This document shows positions 48,798 to 58,277 of a DNA stretch of 64,000 bases, piece by piece. The stretch is from assembly GCA_038237845.1 (NCBI GenBank), contig JBBRYH010000010.1:25692-89691 (forward strand), in the 5' to 3' direction. The notes under the pieces were generated by a model. That model saw only the letters and a program-made list of their open reading frames with translations. It searched no databases and was not told where the DNA came from. The stretch is from Bacteroidia bacterium. Lineage in GTDB: Bacteria; Bacteroidota; Bacteroidia; Palsa-965. Made by a program: the position numbers and the translations under genes. Each line of letters begins with the position of its first letter. Position 1 is the stretch's first letter.

Positions 48798-49742
48798 ATG
48801 AAAAAATTTCCCCGAATTATTTTCTTTCTATTTCCCATTTTGTTTTTCTGCATTACCTGTAGAGTTGATGAAATAAAAAAAACATACAAGACCAAACATG
48901 TTATTGTGATTGTTGTAGATGGAGTTCGCTATTCTGAAAACTGGGGCGATTCAACTCATTCGAGAATTCCATTTCAATACACAACACTATTTCCTCAAGG
49001 CGTTATGCTTACCAATTTCAGAAATAACGGATATACTTGGACAAATGCCGGTCATGATGCGCTGACAACTGGTGTATATGAACCCTTAGATAATGGCGGA
49101 AATCAGTTTCCTTCAGAGCCATCGATGTTTCAATATTGGAGAAAATTTACAGGATCTCCTGCAGAAAAAGCATGGGTGATTACTTCAAAAGATAAATTGT
49201 ATGTGCTTGCAAATACTGCTGATCAGGAATATCAATCGAAGTTTATGCCGCGCTATGATTGTGGAATTAATGGCCCATTTTCAGGGTACAGAGATGATCA
49301 AACTACAAAAGATCATGTCATCGCAACACTTTCTCAATATCATCCAGATTTGATGTTGGTAAATTTTCGTGAACCAGATTATAGTGGTCATACAGGTGTC
49401 TGGAATAATTATCTCACAGGAATTGCGAGCACCGATCATTATTGCTCTTTAATCTGGGATGCATTGCAAAGTGATCCCTATTATGCCGGCACTACCACAA
49501 TGATTATTACGAATGATCATGGCCGTCACTTGGATAATGTTTATGATGGCTTTGTAAGTCATGGTGATAATTGCGAAGGTTGCCGTCATATTGCTTTCTG
49601 TGCAGCGGGTCCTGATTTCAAAAGGAATTTCAGCAGTTCAGTAGCTTATGAACAGGTTGATATTCCAAGAACCATTGCAGAATTGATGGGCTTTCCGATG
49701 CCAACGGCTCCTGGAAAAGTGATGCGCGAAATTCTTCGCTAA
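48798..49742 (+). CDS. Secreted alkaline-phosphatase-superfamily protein (phosphodiesterase or sulfatase-like)
   Basis: HVIVIVVDGVRYSENWGD metal-site-like motif. Signal peptide. Confidence 0.4.
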   Translation: MKKFPRIIFFLFPILFFCITCRVDEIKKTYKTKHVIVIVVDGVRYSENWGDSTHSRIPFQYTTLFPQGVMLTNFRNNGYTWTNAGHDALTTGVYEPLDNGGNQFPSEPSMFQYWRKFTGSPAEKAWVITSKDKLYVLANTADQEYQSKFMPRYDCGINGPFSGYRDDQTTKDHVIATLSQYHPDLMLVNFREPDYSGHTGVWNNYLTGIASTDHYCSLIWDALQSDPYYAGTTTMIITNDHGRHLDNVYDGFVSHGDNCEGCRHIAFCAAGPDFKRNFSSSVAYEQVDIPRTIAELMGFPMPTAPGKVMREILR

Positions 49743-49828
49743 ATCTTCACATCATTTATTCATTTTCCTCAAACACTTATCCTTTTCACTCTTAGCGGGG
49801 ACCATTTTTCATTACTTTTGATTCCGAA

Positions 49829-52168
49829 ATGGCAGACGAAAAACCTATAGAAAAAGCAGCAAAGAATTCTAAAAATTCAAGCTCAGCAAAACCAAGTCAT
49901 AAACGTTGGATTCGATTTTTCTGGATTCTATTATTGACTCCTGTTGCTGGAATTGTATCGCTTGTTTTGGGAATCGCCATGTTCGCCGATCTTCCAGACA
50001 TTGAGCAATTAACAAATCCCGAAAGTAATCTTGCAACGGTTTGTTATTCTGCAGATGGAAAAGAATTAGGAAGATTTTATCTCGAAAATCGGGTTTCAGT
50101 TCAGTATAAGGATATTGATCCTGATGTTATTCATGCATTAGTTGCAACAGAGGATGAACGTTATTACGAACATTCAGGTATTGACGGAAGAAGTTTGGGT
50201 CGTGTTTTTATTAAAACATTTGCTGGTGGAGATCGTAGCTCTGGAGGAGGATCAACCATTACACAACAGCTTGCAAAAATGCAGTTTCACGCAAAAGAAG
50301 CTGAACACGCAACAAAAACACAACGTGCTTTCCAAAAATTAAAAGAGTGGATCATTGCAGTTCGACTTGAGCGCTTGTTTACGAAAGATGAGATCGTCGC
50401 ACTTTATTTAAATAAATACGATTTTAATTATAATGCGGTTGGTATTAATTCTGCAGCGAAAGTTTATTTCTCCACTACTTCCGATTCATTGAAAATTGAA
50501 GAAGCAGCAGTGCTGGTAGGAATGTGTCAGAATCCTTCACGATGGAATCCATTAATTTTTCCTGACAGCGCAATGAAGCGTAGAAATCTTGTGATGTACC
50601 AAATGGAACGCAATGGATTTATCACAAAACACCAATACGATTCTTTAAAAGCGCTTCCAATTGTTACACACTTCAATCCCGAATCACATAACGAAGGACT
50701 GGCTCCTTATTTCCGAGAATATCTGAGAGAAAATTTCATGAAGAAATGGTGTTCGGAACATTTGAAACCGAATGGCAAGCCTTACGACATGTATCGCGAC
50801 GGTTTAAAAGTTTATACGACGATTGATACACGAATGCAAACGTATGGTGAACAAGCAGTGGCTGAACACATGGCCGACTTGCAGAAGAATTTTGATATTG
50901 AATTAAAAGACAAAAGAAATCGTCCCTTCAGTTGGAAGGTGAAAAAAGAAGAGATCGATCAGATTTTAAATTCAGGGAAAGTTCGTTCCGATCGTTATCA
51001 TCATATGAAAAAAGGCGGTTCCTCTGATGCAGAAATTGAAAAGGCCTTCAATACAAAAGTGAAGATGAATGTGTTTTCATGGCATGGTGATATTGATACG
51101 ATGTTGTCGCCAATGGATTCTATTCGATATTACAAATCATTTTTACAAACAGGATTTATGGCAATGGAACCACAGACAGGATATATCCGTGCCTGGGTGG
51201 GAGGAATTAATTTCAGACATTTTCAATACGATCACGTAAAAGTTAGTAAGCGTCAAGTAGGTTCGACTTTCAAACCATTTATTTATGCGCTTGCTATTCA
51301 AGAAGGATATTCGCCTTGCGATCAGGTGCCATGTATTCGCACTTGTATTCCGAATGAAGATGGAAAAACAGAATGGTGTCCGAATAATTCATGGTCGAAA
51401 CAGGAAGAAGCAAAATACAGTGGTAAAATGATCACGTTGAAAAAAGCATTAGCGCTTTCTATCAATTATGTTTCTGCTTACATCATGAAACAATTCGGTC
51501 CGCATGCTGTTGTTGATTTTGCACGCAACGTAGGAATCACCTCGCCATTGGAAGCTGTTCCTTCATTATGTTTGGGTACTGCAGATATTAGCTTATACGA
51601 AATGGTTGGTGCGAATAGCACATTTGTAAATAAAGGAACATGGATTGAACCAACTTTTATCACGCGCATTGAAGATAAAAACGGAAAAGTGTTGGAAGAA
51701 TTTATTCCGAAATCAAAAGAAGCATTGAGTGAAGAGAAAGCTTATTTGATGATTAATCTAATGCGCGGAGTTGTTGATATTGGAACAGGAGGACGATTAC
51801 GAAGTACTTACAAAATTTTAAATCCTGTGGCAGGAAAAACAGGAACAACACAAAACAATTCCGACGGATGGTTTATGGGATTAACTCCTGATTTAGTTGC
51901 AGGTGTGTGGGTAGGAGGCGAAGATCGTAGTGTGCATTTTGATAGAACAGCGGAAGGACAAGGTGCTTCCATGGCACTTCCGATATGGGCAAAATTTTTC
52001 AAGCGGGTTTATGCAGATAAATCTTTAAAAATTTCTCAAGGAGAATTTCCGAAACCAAAAGGAAAAATAATGATGGATTTAGATTGTTCTAAATTCGATA
52101 AAGATGATGGTCCGATTTTCGATGATCCGAATTCTGGAATTTTTGGAGATGATGGTAGTTATCCTTAG
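49829..52168 (+). CDS. mrcA: Penicillin-binding protein 1A (bifunctional transglycosylase/transpeptidase)
   Basis: GT51 motifs ATEDERYYEHSGID, GGSTITQQLAK, RKxxE. Transpeptidase STFKP and KTGTT. 779 aa. Confidence 0.9.
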   Translation: MADEKPIEKAAKNSKNSSSAKPSHKRWIRFFWILLLTPVAGIVSLVLGIAMFADLPDIEQLTNPESNLATVCYSADGKELGRFYLENRVSVQYKDIDPDVIHALVATEDERYYEHSGIDGRSLGRVFIKTFAGGDRSSGGGSTITQQLAKMQFHAKEAEHATKTQRAFQKLKEWIIAVRLERLFTKDEIVALYLNKYDFNYNAVGINSAAKVYFSTTSDSLKIEEAAVLVGMCQNPSRWNPLIFPDSAMKRRNLVMYQMERNGFITKHQYDSLKALPIVTHFNPESHNEGLAPYFREYLRENFMKKWCSEHLKPNGKPYDMYRDGLKVYTTIDTRMQTYGEQAVAEHMADLQKNFDIELKDKRNRPFSWKVKKEEIDQILNSGKVRSDRYHHMKKGGSSDAEIEKAFNTKVKMNVFSWHGDIDTMLSPMDSIRYYKSFLQTGFMAMEPQTGYIRAWVGGINFRHFQYDHVKVSKRQVGSTFKPFIYALAIQEGYSPCDQVPCIRTCIPNEDGKTEWCPNNSWSKQEEAKYSGKMITLKKALALSINYVSAYIMKQFGPHAVVDFARNVGITSPLEAVPSLCLGTADISLYEMVGANSTFVNKGTWIEPTFITRIEDKNGKVLEEFIPKSKEALSEEKAYLMINLMRGVVDIGTGGRLRSTYKILNPVAGKTGTTQNNSDGWFMGLTPDLVAGVWVGGEDRSVHFDRTAEGQGASMALPIWAKFFKRVYADKSLKISQGEFPKPKGKIMMDLDCSKFDKDDGPIFDDPNSGIFGDDGSYP

Positions 52169-52215
52169 AGGGAATTATAAAATGAAAAACTTTATTAATC
52201 AGAATCGATAATTCA

Positions 52216-52914
52216 ATGAACAAAGTAGTTTCAAACGCCGAAGAAGCAATCAGCGATATAAAAGACGGAGCGACCATCATGCTCGGTGGTTTCGGATTGT
52301 GTGGCATTCCCGAAAATTCAATCGCAGCATTGGTAAAGAGTGGCGTAAGAAATCTCACCTGCATTTCTAATAATGCGGGAGTGGATGATTTTGGAATTGG
52401 CCTTCTCTTAAAAACGCGTCAGGTGAAAAAAATGATTTCATCTTATGTGGGTGAAAATGCAGAATTCGAAAGACAATTACTAAGCGGCGAATTGGAAGTT
52501 GATTTAATTCCGCAGGGAACACTTGCAACACGTTGTATGGCGGCAGCCTACGGAATGCCGGCTGTATTTGTACGTGCAGGAGTAGGGACAGAAGTTGCCA
52601 TTGGGAAAGAAACAAGGAATTTCAACGGAATAGAATACTTAATGGAATATGCATTTGATGCAGAATTCTCCATTGTAAAAGCATGGAAAGCTGATACGCA
52701 CGGAAATTTAATGTTCCGGAAAACAACGAGAAACTTTAACGTGCCAATGGCAATGGGTGGAAAAATTACGATTGCCGAAGTGGAAGAAATTGTTCCGGCA
52801 GGTGAACTTGATCCCGATTGTATTCACGTTCCCGGGATTTATGTGCATCGCGTGTTCAAAGGAGAGAAATTTGAAAAGCGAATTGAGCAAAGAACAGTAA
52901 GGAAGAAGTCATAA
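52216..52914 (+). CDS. scoA: 3-oxoacid CoA-transferase subunit A
   Basis: IMLGGFGLCGIPE, 232 aa. Confidence 0.9.
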   Translation: MNKVVSNAEEAISDIKDGATIMLGGFGLCGIPENSIAALVKSGVRNLTCISNNAGVDDFGIGLLLKTRQVKKMISSYVGENAEFERQLLSGELEVDLIPQGTLATRCMAAAYGMPAVFVRAGVGTEVAIGKETRNFNGIEYLMEYAFDAEFSIVKAWKADTHGNLMFRKTTRNFNVPMAMGGKITIAEVEEIVPAGELDPDCIHVPGIYVHRVFKGEKFEKRIEQRTVRKKS

Positions 52915-52936
52915 TTTATAATTGAATTTTTTTACA

Positions 52937-52968
52937 AATCACTTCCGCCCAGGCGCACACTAATTATT
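52937..52968 (+). repeat. Copy D of the GC-rich element (AATCACTTCCGCCCAGGCGCACACTAATTATT), 13 nt upstream of ORF 52969
   Basis: About 26/33 identity to copy B. Confidence 0.6.
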
Positions 52969-53265
52969 ATGAAACCATACATCGACTTAGAAGGAAAAAA
53001 AATCTACCTACCACAATCTGTAGATGCACACAATTTTGAAATTTGTGTAATGGGAGATTTTTTCCTGTTGTGTAAAAAAGTAACTCAACGTTATTCACAG
53101 GCAACAGGTGTTTTGATGGAACGATCAGGAAAAGAATTAATTTTCCATAAATCAGTAAGCTCTTATTTTCTTAGAACGTTCCCGCTAAACAAAAGTGAAT
53201 TTTATAAAATCAATATCGACTATCAAGCCAACAATGGTCCAATTTCAATTGTTCACGAGGAATAA
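52969..53265 (+). CDS. Hypothetical 98-aa protein inserted between scoA and scoB
   Basis: ORF only. No recognised motif. Confidence 0.4.
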   Translation: MKPYIDLEGKKIYLPQSVDAHNFEICVMGDFFLLCKKVTQRYSQATGVLMERSGKELIFHKSVSSYFLRTFPLNKSEFYKINIDYQANNGPISIVHEE

Positions 53266-53372
53266 GTTATTAGTTATTTGCGAGTAGTTATTAGAAAATA
53301 GTTTAGAAGACTCATTTTAATTAATAATCAATTGCTGATAACCAATCGCTAATCACTAATAACTCAACAACC

Positions 53373-54032
53373 ATGCTAGACAAAAACGGAATTGCAAAAC
53401 GGATTGCCAAAGAAGTAAAAGACGGGAATTACGTAAATCTCGGAATCGGAATCCCAACTTTGGTTGCAAATTATATTCCCAAAGGAATTGAAGTAACCTT
53501 GCAATCTGAAAATGGAATGTTAGGCATGGGACCTTTTCCTTTTGAAGGTGATGAAGATCCTGATTTGATAAATGCTGGAAAACAAACCATCACTGAAGTT
53601 CCTGGCACATCGTATTTTGATTCTGCATTAAGCTTTGGAATGATACGTGCAGGAAAAGTTGATCTTACTATTCTTGGTGCAATGGAAGTAAGCGAAGAAG
53701 GCGATATTGCTAATTGGAAAATTCCGGGTAAAATGGTGAAGGGAATGGGCGGTGCGATGGATCTTGTTGCTGCAGCGAAAAATATTATTGTAGCCATGCA
53801 GCATGTGAACAAAGCCGGAGAATCCAAATTACTTCCGAAATGTTCGCTCCCATTGACAGGAGTAAAATGCGTTCGTAAAATTGTAACAGAGTTAGCGGTA
53901 GTAGAAGTAATTCCAGGAAAGGGATTTAAACTACTTGAGCGCGCACCAGGAGTGAGTGTAGAAGAAATCATTAAAGCCACAGCAGGAAAACTAATTGTTG
54001 AGGGAGAAATTCCTGAAATGAATCTGGATTAA
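53373..54032 (+). CDS. scoB: 3-oxoacid CoA-transferase subunit B
   Basis: Conserved GxGGAMDL region (MVKGMGGAMDLVAAAK), 219 aa. Confidence 0.9.
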   Translation: MLDKNGIAKRIAKEVKDGNYVNLGIGIPTLVANYIPKGIEVTLQSENGMLGMGPFPFEGDEDPDLINAGKQTITEVPGTSYFDSALSFGMIRAGKVDLTILGAMEVSEEGDIANWKIPGKMVKGMGGAMDLVAAAKNIIVAMQHVNKAGESKLLPKCSLPLTGVKCVRKIVTELAVVEVIPGKGFKLLERAPGVSVEEIIKATAGKLIVEGEIPEMNLD

Positions 54033-54054
54033 TCGAGTCAACCTTCGATACGAC

Positions 54055-56016
54055 TTGTCGAAAGAATATTTTCATATGAATTCAATTCGCAATTTGACAA
54101 ATCTACGCAGTCTTGTAAAAACAACTTTCAGAAAAATAATTAGTCGCTGGTATTTAATTGTACCGGCGATTTTACTTTTTATTTATGTAGCAATTCGTGC
54201 ATCTCGACTTTCTATCACTTGGGATGAAGCCAATACTTTTTTCGAATATGTACGTACTCCGCGCTGGCTGCCGGAAAGCTACAATTACATCTCTGCCAAC
54301 AATCACCTGCTGAACACGTGGCTGATGAAAGGCTCCGTTTTCCTGTTCGACGAAAGTGAATTTGCTTTACGTCTTCCGAATGTTATCGCGGGTGGATTTT
54401 ATTTTTACGCGGCTGCCCTGCTCGCAAAATGTATTGCGGAGAAGCGCTGGCAGATCTTTATCGCTTTTATTTTATTATGCGCGAATCCTTTTGTGCTGGA
54501 TTTTTTCAGCGTCGCGCGCGGCTATGGAATTTCAATCGCACTGCTGATGCTTGGAATTGTGCAGATCACAAAATATGTTTTCAGAAATCAGCAAATCAGC
54601 AATGGAATTTATGCACAGCTTTTCTTAGCACTCGCCGTTATCGCCAACCTTACACTGCTCCACGCGATGCTGGCCGTTTCTTTTATATTGATGCTGCACC
54701 GTTTTATTTTTCATCGCACGGAGCATCCTACACGCACAATAATGCTCTTTTCAATTATTCCTTTCTCAACGCTGCTCCTGCTTGTTCCTTACTTCATCAA
54801 GCTGAAGAACGCCGGGGCCTTTTTTTACGGCGAAGAAGTAAAATCTCTTGGCGATACATTCCTGTCCTTATCCAAAGCTTCGGCATATTACACTTCCTAC
54901 AGTTATATCCTGGCTCCTGTAATGACGGTGCTTGTTGCCGCCATTCCGCTGATCACGGTAATTCATGTCATGCGAAATCCTTTGACCGTGATGAAAGACA
55001 CGCGGGGAAAATGGCTGGTGTTTATCACGCTCTTGTTATTTTTTACCATCGCCGGACCAATGTTGCAGCACTTGTTTTTCGGAACCAACTTTCTTTCCGG
55101 GCGCACAGCTTTATTTTACATTCCACTGATCAGCCTGAATTTTTTAGGAGTGCTGATGCTGCTTCCCAATCGGTTGAAAAATATTCTGCTGATGCTGGCA
55201 GGAACATTTTCAATCACCCATTTATGTTTCGCGGCTAACACCCGTTTTACGTACGACTGGAAAGAGCAGGCTGATGTAAAAGATGCGATGATGGAATTAA
55301 AAAAGAGGAACATCCCGGTTGCGGAAAATTGCTTCGCTGATATTCTTTCGACCGACCTTCCTTATGAAAAGCAGGTCAATTATTACCGGATGCGATTTGA
55401 AATGAATAACTATTCGCATGCAGCAAGAAATGAAAGTGTGCCCATGTGCAGCAGCTATTATCTGGACAAAAACGGGTACCGCAATCGCGAACAGGAAACA
55501 AAACACGCAGAACCGATCTGTAGTTTTTCGATGAGCAGCACCTGGCTCTTTTATTTTCCTCTTGAAAGGATGAAGCTAAAATTACACTCCGTGAAAGAAG
55601 TCTGGCAGGATTTTGAACATGAAGACCCTTATCTTGAATTAAAAACGGACACTATTTATTTCGGCGACAAGGGAACATTTGCAAATGCAGAACATCCATA
55701 CAGCATCAGTGTGCCGATAGAAGTTCCCGATTCGGTAAAAGGAAATCTCGTGGCGACAATGAATTGCAGATTATATTATTACACGAGAAATACTTCAGCG
55801 CTGTTGGTTTTCGGATTTGATGATGGCGGGACAGAGACTTGGGAAGCAATGCATATTACAGAATTGCCTGAAAAACCCGGAACATGGTCCATTACTTCAT
55901 GGACGCGCCCTGTGCCTGCAGGAACAAAAAAAGTGCGGGTTTATATTTGGAATTATGATAAAATTCCGGTGCTGATGGATAATGTGACGGTGCGATTGCT
56001 TGCTTATGGACAGTAA
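54055..56016 (+). CDS. ArnT/PMT-like GT-C-fold glycosyltransferase (653 aa): N-terminal polytopic membrane domain with a DE first-loop motif plus a C-terminal periplasmic beta-rich domain. Compositionally GC-rich.
   Basis: LSITWDEANTFFEYV (DE motif), FALRLPNVIAGG (GT39/83-like). Paralog of 58278-59954. Confidence 0.65.
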   Translation: MSKEYFHMNSIRNLTNLRSLVKTTFRKIISRWYLIVPAILLFIYVAIRASRLSITWDEANTFFEYVRTPRWLPESYNYISANNHLLNTWLMKGSVFLFDESEFALRLPNVIAGGFYFYAAALLAKCIAEKRWQIFIAFILLCANPFVLDFFSVARGYGISIALLMLGIVQITKYVFRNQQISNGIYAQLFLALAVIANLTLLHAMLAVSFILMLHRFIFHRTEHPTRTIMLFSIIPFSTLLLLVPYFIKLKNAGAFFYGEEVKSLGDTFLSLSKASAYYTSYSYILAPVMTVLVAAIPLITVIHVMRNPLTVMKDTRGKWLVFITLLLFFTIAGPMLQHLFFGTNFLSGRTALFYIPLISLNFLGVLMLLPNRLKNILLMLAGTFSITHLCFAANTRFTYDWKEQADVKDAMMELKKRNIPVAENCFADILSTDLPYEKQVNYYRMRFEMNNYSHAARNESVPMCSSYYLDKNGYRNREQETKHAEPICSFSMSSTWLFYFPLERMKLKLHSVKEVWQDFEHEDPYLELKTDTIYFGDKGTFANAEHPYSISVPIEVPDSVKGNLVATMNCRLYYYTRNTSALLVFGFDDGGTETWEAMHITELPEKPGTWSITSWTRPVPAGTKKVRVYIWNYDKIPVLMDNVTVRLLAYGQ

Positions 56017-56099
56017 GCATTAGTTATCTAAAGCCTCACTCAGAATATTGAGAAAAGTCTGGTGATATTGCTATTACCCATCTTATATTCGCATTTGAA

Positions 56100-57897
56100 A
56101 TGAATAAACGAATGCGAAATTTTAAGCAGTTAGTGGTCAGGAATCTGATGGTAATTTTTTTATTGGCAACTGCTTTCGTAGCGTTTTGTGCTTCGTTTGA
56201 TAGAATGGGAGTGAATGAAGGATGGAGACGAACAGTTTTCATGGATGGTCGTGGTTACTATTCTTATCTGCCGGCACTTTGTATTTATAACGACCCTTCC
56301 TGTTCGTTTTATTCCAAGCAATCAGCAGCACAGCCCGACTCCGCGAATTTCATGAATAAAGTTGATGGGAAAACTTGTCAATAAATATTTTGTAGGTGAA
56401 GCATTGTGTCAGGTCCCTTTTTTTACACTTTCCCATTTGTATGCAAAGTTATTTGATGAAGAAACAAACGGCTATTCGAAGCCATACCAATATGGTGTTG
56501 GAATCGCTGCTGTGTTTTATTTTTTGCTGGGATTGTTTTTCCTCTGGAAATTTTTGAAATCCTTTGAATTCAGGATTGGTGTAATTCTGTTCGTATGTGT
56601 GTGTGTAGCCTTTGGGACGAATCTTTTTTATTATGCGGTTTATGAACCATCCATGGCACATGTTTACTCCTTTTCTTTTATCACAGGATTTTTATTCTTT
56701 ACCCGCTCATTTCTCTTATCACCATCAGGAAAGGGAATAATTATTATCGCAGCGTTTACGGGAATGATTACATTGATCAGGCCGGTTGATATAATGATTG
56801 TTTTTGCTTTTCCTTTTCTTGCAGGAAATTTTGAAAATTTAAAAAATGCAATGGGTTGGATGAAGAAACATTTACTCTTTCTTGTTCCCGCACTTGCGCT
56901 TTTTCTTTTAATTGTATCCCTTCAGCTTTTGCTTTATTATTGGCAAACAGGTCATTTCTTCCTATGGAGTTATCAAAGTGAAGGATTTGATTTTGCTCAC
57001 CCGCATATTTATAGAACGCTTTTCAGCTATGAGAAAGGCCTTTTTATTTATACTCCGATTGCATTTGTTTCGCTTTTCGGATTGTTAGTAATGCCTTTTC
57101 GTTCACGCTATTTATTCCTCACATTACTTCCTGTACTTGGGATCATTGTTTTTGTCGTTTCTTCATGGCACGACTGGAGATATGGATTTTCTTTTGGATT
57201 GCGGGCATATATCGAATTTTACGCATTATCTGCTTTTACTTTGGCCTACCTGATTGATTTTGCTTCAAAGCGAAGAATTATTTTCGCTTTTACAGGATTG
57301 ATTTTTTCAGCACTGATTAGTTTCTATTTAATCCAGCAATATCAATTTAACCATCGGATCTTGCACCCGGGGTCAATGAATAAAGAACGGTATTACCTTG
57401 TTTTTCTTCACACTGAAAAAAAGTACGAAGATACTTTATCGCGAATTCCTTATGTGATGGAATCCGAAGGGGATTTTAATGACATGGAAGGCTCTGTTGA
57501 TTGGCCGGGACTTGAAACCATTAAAAAGGGCCTTTCTCATTCCGGGGAGGCTGCTTCACGCATTGATTCCGCTTCACCCTACTCGGCTGGTTTTTGTCGT
57601 AGCATGTCGGATGACGATTTTAATACACCTTCAACAATCAAGATCTCAGCCTGGGTCTTAAGAAAAAACGAGAACGATAATGGAAGTATAGGGATTTACC
57701 TAACAAGTAATGATAGTGTTTTGTTCTCGAAAGATATTGATCTCAACGAGCTTACCAAAACAGGTGCATGGACCAATGTGAAGCAAGAAATAATTATTCC
57801 GGCAAGAAAAACGGAGCGTGAATATTTAAGGGTTCTTTTTTTTCACAGCAGCGGAACAACTTATATTGATGACTTTTCTGTAGAAATTGTGAAATAA
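56100..57897 (+). pseudogene. GT-C-like polytopic membrane protein (paralog of 35961-37283) disrupted by a +1 frameshift in an A4 run at 56370-56373
   Basis: Frame 1 ...DGRGYYSYLPA...NFMNKVDGKTCQ*. Frame 2 resumes GKLVNKYFVGEALCQVPFF, homologous to GKIIDKYFSGVAVLQLPFF of the intact paralog. Deleting one A restores DGKLVNKYF. Confidence 0.55.
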
Positions 57898-57964
57898 AGA
57901 AGCCAAAATTGACTGGACTTCTTTATTTCACAATCCGAGTAGTTATCCGAAGACCTAAGCCTGT

Positions 57965-58255
57965 TTATTGATTAATGTACTTTGAAATTTTAATGTTCCC
58001 ATTAACATTGCTTCTTATAAAATAAATCCCTTTGTTTTCTGTAGTGATATCCACATCTATTTCTGACGATGATGTAGTTGCTTCGTAGACAATTCTGCCA
58101 GCTATATCAAATACTGTGATGGAATTTATTTCTTCTCCACTGTTAGAAACAATTTTGAATTGTCCCGAACCGGGATTGGGATAGATTGTTACATCGTTTT
58201 GTACAATTGAATTTGTTTCCGGGGGAATAACATTTGCAGGTTCTGGATTTGCCAT
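57965..58255 (-). pseudogene. Orphan T9SS type-A C-terminal sorting-domain fragment with no cargo or signal peptide
   Basis: ...TIYPNPGSGQFKIVSNSGEEINSITVFDIAGRIVYE...GIYFIRSNVNGNIKISK is a complete Por_Secre_tail, but nothing precedes it. Confidence 0.5.
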
Positions 58256-58277
58256 ACGGTACAAGTATGCACCACAT

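Noticed and set aside
54429-55238. 269-aa alternate-frame ORF inside GT-C gene A
   Set aside because: Arg/Ala-rich translation typical of an off-frame read through a GC-rich gene. The in-frame product has clear GT-C homology.
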